Part shown: positions 26,048 to 38,379 of the stretch, in pieces
How positions within the stretch are numbered: the first letter of the stretch is position 1
How the letters are laid out: the number at the start of each line of letters is the position of its first letter
Assembly: GCF_006345805.1 (NCBI RefSeq)
Contig: NC_043004.1
Coordinates: 55,118,001-55,182,000, forward strand
Source of the DNA: Octopus sinensis
Taxonomy: Eukaryota
Length of the DNA: 64,000 nucleotides
Reading direction: 5' to 3'
Position numbers and translations under genes: made by a program
Notes under the pieces: generated by a model
The model's database searches: none
What the model was told of the DNA's origin: nothing
What the model saw: the letters and a program-made list of their open reading frames with translations, nothing else

Positions 26048-27480
26048 AGACAAGACATTGCAACGTCCACATGCACCTTCGTTCCCTGGAGGGAAAGGAC
26101 TACATTGGGATTAGTCGTTGCCTACTAGGGGCTCTTACATACCCGGGCAACGCCGGGCTATGCTGCTAGTTAGCCTATAAAAGTATATCATTACACTGAA
26201 TATGAAATTTAATTCAAACAGACAATTGACACTGGCAGCCACTGGCAACCAAACAGAAAAGATCCGCATTAACATAAATCAGGTAATTTTGAGTCAATGT
26301 AGCAGCCTCAATTTGGTTGCTTAGCTTGCTAGAAATATCAACAAAATCTTCCTCAAATCGCACACTGTTGTTTTAGAAAAAGGACCTGTTGGATCAGTGT
26401 TTTTCAACCATTTATAACATATGAACCCCTTTCACTCGGATGGCTACTCCTAGCTATTCATCATCATCATCATCATCATTTAGCATCCGCTTTCCATGCT
26501 AGCATGGGTTGGACAGTTCAACTGGGGTCTGGGAGGCCAGAAGGCTGCACCAGTGTTTAAAAATCACATCATTTTTTAAATAATTAAATATCATTAGGGT
26601 TTGTAGAAAAAAAATATTGTTAATATATTTTGTGAATTGCAGAAATTATAGGCCATGCTGGAGCACTGCCTTTAATCGAGCAACTTGACCCCGAGACTTA
26701 TTCTTTGTAAGCCCAGTACTTATTATATCGGTCTCTTTTGCCGAACCGCTAAGTGACGGGGATATAAACACACCAGCATCGGTTGTCAAGCAATGCTAGG
26801 GGGACAAACACAGACACACAAACACACACGCACATATATATATATACATATATACGACGGGCTTCTTTCAGTTTCCGTCTACCAAATCCACTCACAAGGC
26901 TTTGGTCCGCCCGAGGCTATAGAAGAAACTTGCCCAAGGTGCCACGCAGTGGGACTGAACCCGGAACCATGTGGTTGGTAAGCAAGCTACTTACCACACA
27001 GCCACTCCTGTGCCTATTGCTGATAAATTTTAATAATATTGTCTTATATGGACCCCAGTTGAAAATCACTTTATTGAATAACGTAGCCCTAGATAAACTG
27101 TAGTTTAAAAGCTCTGGGATGGTTATGGCTGGGACATCTTTGATAATAGATCTGCTGGACAGGCACTGACCTGGAACTTAGCAACAACGACAAAGGACTA
27201 TATAATCCAAGATACACTAATTGGATATATGATGAGGTGATCACAGCTGGAACATCTTTGATAACAGATCTGCTTGCTTTGGTATACCATATCTGAAAAT
27301 AGAACAAAATGGTCATAGCTGGAATGTCTTTGATAGGCCTCTTGTGGATCTGTGCTGACTTGGGGCTAAACAATAACAGTGATTTGAACCAATTTGGAAA
27401 CTGGGTTGACACCTTCATGAAGTACATTTGTATGTTATTGTAGTATCTATAGTAGGTCTTTGTAACATTTGTCCTTATTA

Positions 27481-27908
27481 TCTCTCTCTATATAAACGGC
27501 AGTTTGTCTGTCAGGTTGTACCCTCACCCTGACCACGGCTTTCAACCGATTCTGATGAAACTTGACACACATATAGCCCAATGTCATAATTCAAAACTAA
27601 CGCAGCGAAAATTTTGAAAAGTTCCCCCAGTTCTGAAAAAAATCGATAAATTCGACATGGGGTCGAGAATCTAAGCTTTTTATATGCCCCCTAGACATAT
27701 AAAAAAAGCTTTTTATATGTCTAGGGGACACAACTCGACAGCTAGGGACAGCTAGGAACATCGTATACACAGAAGTATTCGAGTGAAGAGAAGACATTGC
27801 AACCTACACATGCGCCTTCGTTCCCTAGAGGGAAAGGACTAGATTGGGATTAGTCGTTATCTATTAGGGGCTCTTACATACCCGGGCAACGCCAGGCTAT
27901 GCTGCTAG
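27481..27908 (+). mobile_element. Non-autonomous Helitron (N2), 428 bp
   Basis: a|TCTCTCTCTATATAAACGGC ... cccgggcaacgccagg ctatgctg CTAG|t; same termini as the autonomous element. Confidence 0.93.
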
Positions 27909-28317
27909 TCCTCATTATAAACCAGGCTCTGTTGATTTAACACTCCTTTATTCCTAGACCTAAACCTCTAATATGACAAAAGTGTAATTACATATTTGTA
28001 AACTGGTTCACAACATTCCTAAAATGCTTAAGACATTTTCAGAACTAATGTTTCACCTCTAGTTAAACATATTTTGGTGGGGGGGACTTTCTTCCTAGAT
28101 AGTAAGTAACATTGCAAGATGGTATAATACTTATTTACCTATGTAAAGTCAACTGAGGCAATGTAGAATTCACTTTTTTTGTTACCATATTTTCTCTTGG
28201 AATACATTGTTTTTGTTTTAGTAAATTTTGAAAATAAGAATTTTTTTAATAAAAAATAATTTTGTCGTTATTAGGCTCATGTTTAGAGCATAGAATAACA
28301 TAGACTTTTGATGGTTT

Positions 28318-28965
28318 CATCATCATCATCATCATCATCGTTTAACGTCCGTTCTCCATGCTAGCATGGGTTGGATGGTTCGACCGGGGATCTGGGAAGC
28401 CAGAAGGCTGCACCAGGCTTCAGTCTGATCTGGCAGTGTTTCTACAGCTGGATGCCCTTCCTAACGCCAACCACTCCGTGAGAATAGTGGGTGCTTTTTA
28501 TGTGCCACCAGCACAGGTGCCAGGCAAGGCTGGCAACGGCCATGGTCGGATTGGTGCATTTTACGTGCCACCGGCATGGAAGCCAGTCGAGGCGACGCTG
28601 GCATCGGCCACGATTCGGATGGTGCTTTTTATGTGCCACTGACACCGGAGCCAGTCGAGGCGATGCTGGCATCGGCCACGATTCGGATAGCGCTTTTTAC
28701 GTACCACCAGTCCAAGGGTCCTGGCAACTGCCGGGTGTCAGTCATAGGATTGGTTCAATTTTGATTCCGATTTCGATTTCACTTGCCTCCAACAGGTCTT
28801 CGCATGTCGTCGGATGAGGTTTGATTTCAACTTCGCTTGCCTCAACAGGTCTATGTGTGTCCAAGGGAGGAAAGACATGCATAAGTGGGCTGGACTCACT
28901 TGTCCTGCCTGGTCTTCTCATGCACAGCATATTTCCAAAGGTCTTGGTCGCTGGTCATTGCCTAG
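28318..28965 (-). mobile_element. RTE 3' UTR fragment (duplicate at 63004-63660)
   Basis: (CAT)n tail and the same 3' UTR motifs as the other RTE copies. Confidence 0.85.
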
Positions 28966-29304
28966 TTTAGATAATTTTTTAAAATAGGAAATTTATGTCA
29001 TGGAACCAAGTCCAGCCTGGGATGAGTTGGTATCAAAAAAGTTAAATGAACTGCTAAAATACACAAAGCATTTGAAACCATGCTAAAACAGACAATTGGA
29101 GCCTGAACACCTCTCTGGCTGGCCATCTCCTGTCAAGCTGTCCAACCTATGACAGCATGGAAAACAGACGTAAAATGATAATGACATCGATGATGATGAT
29201 GACTTGCTTTGAATTAGAACTCAAAAGTCTTTGATATAATAATCAACTGCTATATTCATTTAAGCAGTTTTCTACTTAATTGTTTTATATCACTTCTCTT
29301 CCAG

Positions 29305-29364
29305 ATCCTGTGTAATGGCCCCGGAATCTGTGTACCTATTGCATTTGTTGGACTTATACTCAAG
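29305..29364 (+). CDS. ALG14: ALG14 internal coding exon (ILCNGPGICVPIAFVGLILK)
   Basis: cacttctcttccag acceptor, gtgggt donor, 60 nt, phase 0/0. Joins the previous exon to give the ALG14 signature PDL|ILCNGPGxCVP. Confidence 0.95.
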
Positions 29365-30509
29365 GTGGGTTTCAGTTATGTAAGACTAAATTGATGTGTG
29401 ATGTTGTTGTGTATCGTCAGTCCTGAGTCAGTAATTAGTTAAGTAAATAATTAGCTATGAGTTATAAATCCATAGTTCAAACTATATCCTATCTTTGCCT
29501 CATAGAGACCTATATTAAACAGGCAGTGCTTTATCATATTGTGTAGCATGGGACAGTTTAAATATGTAATTGTTCCCGGTCTTAGTACAACTAATGTTCT
29601 GAGAGACATTGATCCAGTGAATCTTCACACAAAGGCAATCCAGGCATGACCATCCTATCTTTTTCTTATTTTCGTTTTTTGCAGACAACATATGAAAGCT
29701 ACATGATTGTGTTCCCCTATTTGTTTTTTGTTCAAAATAGCAGTGTCTGATTTGAGAAAGATTTGATTGCTATATCTAGCAGAGGCTTTCTTTGGTGACT
29801 CATTTTGTATGCTTGTAGGTATGGTTGTACCTTTTGTACGCCTGTAGGTGAGTGTGGTAAGCCTTTTGTGCCCTTGTAAGTGAGTTTTAGACAAAGAGGA
29901 TTTGTTCATATGATTCTTGTTGTTTCTCTACACTTTTTACTGATGGCATGTGCATCCTTACATGGTGCTTGGCTCTAATGGGGGGTACTAATATTGTAGC
30001 TATTTTTTAGTGGTGCTTTATGTTTGTCTGGATCAGGTGGGAGAAATATCTTAGTGGGATAAGATGGTGTTGTAGTGTTCGAATTTTAACATTCCAGAAC
30101 AGCACTGCCTAACACAATTACTATACACTAGAAGGGTACTTTTAAGAACATAATTAAACACTACAAATGCCACACATAATGAGAAAGTATTTATGAGGTT
30201 TATTGACCTGCTTGAAACAGCTGCTAAATCTCCTTTTAATCACATCCATTATCTTAAATAAAGAAAAGGTACATTGCATAATGTACAGGTAGAAAGCCTT
30301 TGATCACCAAAATTGTCCTAGAGCTGAACAAAAACATTATTTTCTACTAAAATAGCACACCATTGCAAGATTTTTATACTCTTAAACAGTATTCCCCTAG
30401 CACATTCCTAAACTATGACCATACACAAGATGTGTTCTCAAACAACAACAGATTGCCTGTCTATATTGTTGATGTTATAAAATGTAAGTTTTTCTGTTTC
30501 TCTCTTCAG

Positions 30510-30680
30510 TATCTCTTCCTGATGGATGTTACCATAGTGTATGTGGAAAGTGTCTGCCGTGTCAAAACTTTGTCCCTGTCAGCGCAACTGCTCTATCCTT
30601 TCATTGACCACCTCCTGGTGCAGTGGCCACAGCTGAAGGAGCGATACAGTGGCGCCGACTTTCTTGGACAGTTAATCTAA
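30510..30680 (+). CDS. ALG14: ALG14 terminal coding exon (YLFLMDVTIVYVESVCRVKTLSLSAQLLYPFIDHLLVQWPQLKERYSGADFLGQLI*)
   Basis: ttttctgtttctctcttcag acceptor, phase 0; contains the IVYVESxCRV and VQWPxLKE motifs of the ALG14 C-terminus; TAA at 30678-30680. Confidence 0.95.
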   Translation, partial: YLFLMDVTIVYVESVCRVKTLSLSAQLLYPFIDHLLVQWPQLKERYSGADFLGQLI

Positions 30681-30910
30681 TGTAGTGCAATGGGACAATA
30701 TCATAACACTGCTACCATCTCTACCAGTACCACTGTTTTACCACAGCTTCTGATAATGATCTCTCAACCAATGGACTCATATTGCAACACCCTGTGTACG
30801 CTTCTGCTATTGCTGCTGCTGTGCTCTTAACAACATTGCCATAAACTAGAGCAACACTACAAAATAGTCTGCCATACACTAGAGGTGCACTTTCAATAAC
30901 AGTGTCTTGC

Positions 30911-30916
30911 AATAAA
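30911..30916 (+). promoter_or_regulatory. Candidate ALG14 polyadenylation signal AATAAA
   Basis: AATAAA about 230 nt after the stop codon; usage not verifiable from sequence. Confidence 0.45.
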
Positions 30917-31664
30917 AAACCACTTTTGCTTTCGATAAGTTTTGCCATACATAAATGGGGCCACTTCTAACCACATTGGTATCCACGAAATGTGCATTTC
31001 AAATAACATTACAGGTGCAACATCAATTGGTTCCAAGTCCTTTCTGGGTTACTGATATTTTTCCGAACCAGGGGTGGGTTCCACTAAATTAGACAAATAT
31101 TAAATTTATTAAAATAATTAAATGAAATACAGGTACTTTGTACATTAGTACAAATGATACAAGTTTGTTAGAAATGTACTATGCAAGGTATTTTGAAACG
31201 CTCACCCAGTAAGCTGGCCTGTGTGCATGGGAATTTGAAGTTCTTGCTTGCAAAATAGTGTGGATTATAAGAGATTCAGGACCATTAGTGTCCAGAAAGT
31301 TGGTGTTGCACCTGTATCATACACTAGAACAGTGAGCCCGAAAATATTTGGTAGATACTAGAATAATATTACTGTCAATATTGCTGTACACTACAAGAAG
31401 ACATTCCAAATCAATGGCTGCACACTTTTTGTACACTTCCCTGAAACGTAGGTGTACAGCAAAATTGCACTGAAAACAACTGTGACACACAAACACCAGA
31501 CCTGGGCTGCAAACTCTGCTTTGGACTAGAGCTGCACTCCAAACTCTGCGCTAATCCCTGCTAAATCCAACTCAACTCTGTTTAAGTGGAGCAATGTTAG
31601 ATTTTAATAGTTTCTCTCTAGTGTATAACATAGCAGAGTACGTTGGTGTCTGTCTATCATTTGA

Positions 31665-31669
31665 CAGAA

Positions 31670-31705
<36 letters not shown>

Positions 31706-31722
31706 AATATATATATATATAT

Positions 31723-31797
<75 letters not shown>

Positions 31798-31925
31798 CAC
31801 ATACACACACACATTTATACACATGTATATTTATACTTATATATATATGTATCTGTCTCTCATACAAATATATATTGCATTGTTAATATATATATATGCG
31901 TGTGTATGTGTGTGTATAGATACAC
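31665..31925. repeat. Compound (TA)n/(TG)n/(CA)n microsatellite; other tracts at 13538-13606 (TA), 35130-35153 (CT), 38328-38358 (GATA), 40790-40840 (TCTA)
   Basis: Directly visible. Confidence 0.95.
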
Positions 31926-33767
31926 ATTATGTGTGTATATACTTCACATACTTGTTAGTCTAGTATCTCGCCATTATTGTAGGGAGGTGCAACAGACTTT
32001 GAAATTATTTTCAGATTTATTGCTTACAAGCTTTATACACACGCATGTATACACACAGATTTTCATCATATAACCAACAAATGTAATCACTGCTCTTAGC
32101 ATTATATATCTCAAAGTATACAGTAGCATAGATTTATTTTAGCCAATCTTATTGTATACTTTGATTAATATACCCACTATTGACAAATGTAATGAGTGTG
32201 TACTTTTCTGACTTATGGTTTCTTAGCCAACTATATATAATAGTTAATCTTGCCTTATAAATATACATATAGTACTAGTTTAACTTAGATATCCTGACCT
32301 CATACTGTATGTGTGTGTGTGTATGTATATATATATATATATATATATAAGTTCATTGTTAACTCTGTGGTAAGTTGATGCAATGCATATTTTCTCCTTG
32401 CATTCAATAAAGAAATATTTTAACATAACAAACTTAGATGTTTCTAGACCACAACTAACCCCTTCTGTGATGATTTTACAAAGATAATACTTTACTCTAG
32501 AAACACTGAGATTTTGTGGTTGGCTGTTCTGTTGCTTGGTCATAAGTTTATAAACATATTGTCTCTGAAGTTTCAGCCACAGACCATTAGTGATCTTAAA
32601 CCAACCACTCATGTTCAGATGGTTAAAATATTGAGAAGTGTAAATTATCACACTAACTCATTTCAGAAATTTTCTTACAGGTTCACTTTCCACAGGTATT
32701 AACTTATTTGTGTCTCATTGGAATCAAAAGTGTTGTTTTAATCTGCACGATTGAATTCTTAGGCTAGCTTACTTAAATTTAAGAATTTTAATTTATGATT
32801 TTTCAATTTTCATGCTAGAATCTGTCAGAGGCTGATGAGTTAATTATTTTGATGGTGATTAACATAAAGTAGCCTCAGTTTACTAAATCTTTCCAAATTC
32901 TTGATTATTTTACCAAATTAGTTGAAACACATAAGGATTGGATGTATTTCTACGGAAATCTGATTACAACAGTGTCATCTGTTCTAAGTCTATTAATATA
33001 GTTCTTCAGTATATGAACACACACACACATTTAAGCTTGCTCTGAAATAGTTTTGTGGTTACAGCTTCCACGGTGGCTTGAGTAGGGTTTATTTTTATTT
33101 TCAATCCTTATTATGATTTGGAGTTGTTACAGAGAAAGATTTCTATAAATACTAGATATATCCTGTAATATTTGGGATAAATTCTTTGAATCAGTTGATC
33201 TCAGACTCTTGCAATGTTTTCATATTCTGGCATAAAAATCTCTCGTTTCTAGGTTTTATTTGCCATTATTCCAAACGCCTCATTTTCAGTGGCAATATTT
33301 TGCAAATAATATAATGACTACATTAACACTGAACTGATTTTTTTTCTTTTTGAATTTATTTGCAAGGAATCCAATCACTTAATTTTCAATGCTAATAAAA
33401 ATTGAACTTTTCTTACAAAATGATTCTGGCTTTAAATGTTTCTTAATTTCAATTACTATAAAGAAGATGGAATAAAACTGAATTTGGTGTGAAACAAAGG
33501 ATTTGGTAGTAAAATTAAAAATGGAAAATGAATACAAAAATAGAAAGTTCTTTGCCTGAGGTATTAGACATTTTGTTTCATTATAATATCACAAAAGACA
33601 GTGAGCTGGCAGAATTGTTTGCCCACCACACAAAATGCTTAGTGGTATTTTGCCTGTCCTTTACATGTTCTGAGTTCAAATTCTTCCTTGGTCATCCTTT
33701 CATCCTTTCAGGGTTGATAAAATAAGTACCAATTGAACACTTGGGTCGATGTAATACCGCTAAGCAT

Positions 33768-34232
33768 TTGCCATATTCTGAACGACTTACTTCCCTGGGC
33801 ATGGATATATTGAAACTCCGACGTCTGGCAGCTGACCCATAAGATTATTAACCATCTTACAAACAATAACTCTGAGCACTTTTTCAAACTCCACCTGTGG
33901 ACATGTTTACAAAGTCAGAGAACAGCACAGCTCCCATGACTTTCGAAAACATTTTTTCACGCTAAGAGTTGCTGAAGCATGGAACAGACTGCTGGCATCA
34001 GTTGTTAATTGTCGGAGCACTGCATCCTTCAAAACTTCCATGCTTCCTGAGATTCGCCAACACAACACCTGATTTTCTCCCCTCCATATACATGCAAGCA
34101 TGTATCTGACTCATACACTGTTCGCTTTCCAGACATTTGTACATTACTGCATATGCTTTATATGCACTTTTGACAAGTTGTGGTGCACCTGAGCACTGTA
34201 TACAATAATTTCATTATTATTATATTATATTC
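33768..34232 (+). mobile_element. CR1/L2-group LINE 3' end fragment
   Basis: LPYSERLTSLGM..LKLRRL and HFFTLRVAEAWNRL motifs followed by an (ATT)n-like tail. Confidence 0.75.
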
Positions 34233-35122
34233 ACGGTTATTCCAATAACATGCTAAATACCTAACAAAAAATAGAATTGATATTTTCTCAACACGAAAAT
34301 AGTCTTAAACATTTCATTCCTCAACAAAAGACAAATTGACATATAAAACTGCCTTCTGTAGTTAAAGGTAATGAAATTTTGTGGGGCTGTTTCTGCTTTC
34401 TGCAGAGACATTTAAATTATATTGGTTAATAATATTTCTACAGTGTAGAAGCGGGTGGATTAACAGATGGTAGAGTACCAGACAAAATATTTTGCAATGT
34501 TTAGTTAACATACTATATATATGTAACTTTCAAGGAAGTAAACTTTATCTTTCCTCTACGAGATATAAGTAATCTGAAGTTGTCTCCCTTGTAAGCCTTC
34601 TGTCAGAAACCAATGCAGTGTACCCGTACTTGTTTGCGGTTCGGCATTTGCGGTCCTGGTTATTCTCTTTTACTCGTTTACCCATTTACTTGTTTACTTG
34701 TTTTACCCATTTACACAGCCACTCCTGTGACTATGGCTTTTTCGTGGCAATATACACTTTTCCATAGTTTTTAAGGCTAAATTAGTACTAATAATATACT
34801 ATCTTTGTTGGTTTACTGGACGACTTTTTGCTGCTGAAGGCCCCTCTGACTAGAATAGCCACGCATCACGTCGATTGGTTTTTTTTTTTTAGATACTGTA
34901 TCTGTAATTCCTACTTTCAATTATTGCTAATTATTCAGACATGCTTTTTAAAAAATTATCACTACACTGTATACAATAATTTCATTATTATTATCACTAC
35001 ACTGTATACAATAATTTCATTATTATTATTATATTATATTCATAATACACATTATGTCAACAGGATAATTTTTAAGGTCGTGAGCCAATATAGCCTCATT
35101 GGAATCAGGCTGCTTGCTGGTT

Positions 35123-35155
<33 letters not shown>

Positions 35156-35329
35156 GGTTCTCCCCTTCATATACATGGAAGCATGTATCTGACTCATACA
35201 CTGCTAAATACCTAACAAAAAATAGAATTGATATTTTCTCAACACGAAAATAGTCTTAAACATTTCATTCCTCAACAAAAGACAAATTGATATATAAAAC
35301 TGCCTTCTGTAGTTAAAGGTAATGAAATA

Positions 35330-36240
35330 AGTGGGCTGGTTACGCCCCTGGCATAGGCCACGAGGTTATACTCTCTTTTGGTTTCCCAGGTCTTCTCAAG
35401 CACAGCATATTTCCAAAAGTCTCGGTCACTTGGTGAGGTCTAAAGTTCGAAGGTGATGCTTCACCATTTCATCCCAGGTCTTCCTGGGTCTACCTCTTCC
35501 ACAGGTTCCCTCAACCGCTAGGGTGTGGCACTTTTTCACACAGCTATCCTCATCCATTCTCGCCACATGATCATACCAGCGCAGTCGTCTCTCTTGCACA
35601 CCACATCTGATGCTTCTTAGGTCCAACTTTTCTCTCAAGGTACTTACACTCTGTCAAGTATGCACACTGACATTACACAGCCATTGGATCATACTGGCTT
35701 CATTCCTTGTGAGATTACGCATGTCCTCAGCAGTCATAGCCCATGTTTCACTGCCATGTAGCATGGCTGTTCGTACACATGCGTCATACAGTCTACCTTT
35801 TACTCTGAGCGAGAAGCCCTTTGTCACCGGCAGAGGTAAGAGCTCTCTGAACTTTGCCCAAGCTATTCTTATTCTAGCAGCTACACTTCAGCACACCCGC
35901 TACTGACTTGAAGCTATCAAGCTACTGACAGAAGCTATCAACTATTAGTTTTTCTTCCTGGAATGTGGCGGAAGTTGTTCTCTGCGCATTTTCAGTGTTT
36001 ATTGCTCCCGAGCATCTGCCACATACAAAAACTATCTTCCCAGTTTACCTTCCTTTAATATTACTGCTCCGCTTATATGTCCATAGCTTACACTGGGTAC
36101 ATCTTATAGAGTTTCTACCTACGCCTCTACTACAGATCGAGCAGGGACATCTACCTGAAAGGATTTGTGGTTTGCCTGCCTTCCTACTTATTAGGACTTT
36201 GGTTTTAGCCCTTTTTACTGAATCATAAGTACTATTCGTT
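35330..36240 (-). mobile_element. RTE-clade LINE ORF2 fragment
   Basis: REKLDLRSIRCGVQERRLRWY...RGRPRKTWD; homologous to 1929-2560 and 4030-4850. Confidence 0.9.
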
Positions 36241-36782
36241 TTCTAGACATATTGGTGAGTCCTGCTTTACTTTAGCACTAGTTTTATCCATAAGGGATAA
36301 CTAGCTCATTTGCTAGTTCACTCTTTTGCCTATCGACTTCAAGCTTTACACTGCAAAATGGTATGATTCTAATTTATTGAGCCTTCTGGCCTCATCTTGA
36401 GGCCCTGTTCTTTCCTCTTCCCTCTTCATTTAATATATTTTATTTTATGTATTTGTATTCACTCTGATGTATTCACCCAGCATTCAGAATGTGTCTGGGA
36501 CATCTCTGATGAAAAGCTATCAAGGAAACTTGCATGACGTTTGTAAAGGATCCATGTCTCACATGAGTAAAAGAGCGCTGTCGGTACACATGCACGGTAC
36601 ACAACAATTTTTGTTTGCTTTGTGATGCAATGCTGGGATCAGACACGAGACTGGAAGGAATCAGCTGCTGAAAGATATTTCATCATCCAGGGAGCAAGAA
36701 CGGCTGAGTGTGGTGCCTATGTAGACAAACTTGTCTGCCACTTTCAGAATTGTTCCTCCAACCAAGATAGCTGGTTCCACGT

Positions 36783-38045
36783 ATGGATTTCCTGGTGCAG
36801 GCTGGAACATTAGTCCAGGCTAATGCTGAGACCAAATGCCTTGCAAGAAGCAGAAATACGATTCATAAGTATTTGCATGTCATCTGCATAAAGGAGGTCA
36901 CGTATAAGAGACTGGAAAACTTTTGAATTGGCAGCAAATTGGTGCAGACTAAAGGGGCGACCAGAAGATCGATACCTGACATATATTCCCAGAGAGCTAA
37001 CCTTCGCAAAAGCATGAGCCAAATAAAAAAATAGAGTTGGGGCAAGGATGTCACTCTGCTTGAGACCATTCTTTACAGGAATGGGTGCCGCCATGTGACC
37101 ACCAGCATTGACCCAAGCCTTCATCCCATCATGAAATGATTTAATTATAGATACAGTGATTCGGACATTCAAGTTTGCCAAGTATTTTCCACATCAAGGC
37201 CCTATTCACAGTGTCAAAGGCCTTCGTTAAATCAATACCCGGATAAGATCCATATTCTGCTCATAGCACTTCTCCTGCATCTGTCTTTCTGTGAAAATCA
37301 TATCCATTGTCCCTCTACCAGATCGGAAACCACATTGAGATTCAGATAGAACATCATTTACGAGACATTCATTCAGGCGGGTAAGAGTATTTGCTAGAAC
37401 CTTGCCAGCAGCTGACGGTAGGGCAATACCTCTGTAGTTACCACACATTGTTCTGGCTCCTTGTAGAGAGGAAGAATAATTGCATTCTTCCAGTCCTTAG
37501 GCATTGCACCTTCTCTCCAGACTACATTAAGTTCATGAAGGGAACCTCAGCACAAATTCCATCCCTTCCAGGTGCCCTACCAAGGTTCACTTTAATTATT
37601 GATGTCATTACCCATCTACTGAGGGCGTGGAATTTAAGGAGCCAATGATAGGTCTTTGTTGCATAGTATCAATCACTGTTTCATCCACAGGAGTTCAAAG
37701 TGTTCAATGCAGCGAGCTGTGGTTTCTGTTGAATTAGTAAATAGAGTAGAAGACACATTAGAAAGCAAATGAGCTGATGCATAGCTCTTAGGCCCATAAA
37801 CTTGCTCCATAAGATGGTAAAGCTTCTTGCTGTCTTTTGCATCAGCAGCCTGAACATCACGAGCAAGAGCCTCCCACCAAGTGTTCTGCATCTTCCTGCT
37901 GTATTGATTTTACACTGCTATACAGAAAGTCCTCTGTGCAGCAATGAAACGTGGGCATGGCGCTTTACAGCTAATAGTCGCTGAACTTCAGCATCATTTA
38001 CATCAAACCAGTCTCTGCGTCCGGCAGTATCATATCCCATTGTTT
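36783..38045 (-). mobile_element. Decayed RTE/BovB-like LINE RT fragment (different family)
   Basis: CGNYRGIAL, ESQCGFRSGRGTMDMIFT, LLYADDM; inverted partial copy at 41211-41805. Confidence 0.85.
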
Positions 38046-38325
38046 TAGCAATATATTGATGAACCTGATCTTAAAAATCTTCCCATTCTGTATTATTTTC
38101 AATGCTGGACAAGTGAGTCTGAAGCTTTTTCCTCAACATAGCATCATATATCTTGTGTACGTTCAGACGCCGAGAAATGCCGACTGGCCCTCTTCTCTCT
38201 TTCACTCTAAGCATCATCCGGAACTATGTTCAGACCAGACTGTGGTCTGTCCGGCATTCCGATCAATGAAAGGACTTGACATTAGAAATGTCATAGACAT
38301 CATGCTTGCCGATGATGACATAATC

Positions 38326-38359
<34 letters not shown>

Positions 38360-38379
38360 TAATAGACAGATAAAGTGAT

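Larger units (their letters stand above)
20034..26169 (+). mobile_element. Autonomous-type Helitron (Helitron1-like), full length
   Basis: 5' TCTCTCTATATAAACGG; 3' hairpin cccgggcaacgccggg (26142-26157), 8 nt, then CTAG (26166-26169). Inserted between A and T with no TSD; empty site catcattaa|ttagcc at 60665/60666. Encodes RepHel. Confidence 0.97.

Noticed and set aside
30510-30610. RING-like GCYHSVCGKC peptide in an alternative frame
   Set aside because: The phase-0 frame is clearly ALG14 and matches the upstream exon phase.
31643-31963. IYIYIY-type ORFs (also 13490-13811)
   Set aside because: Translations of (TA)n microsatellites.
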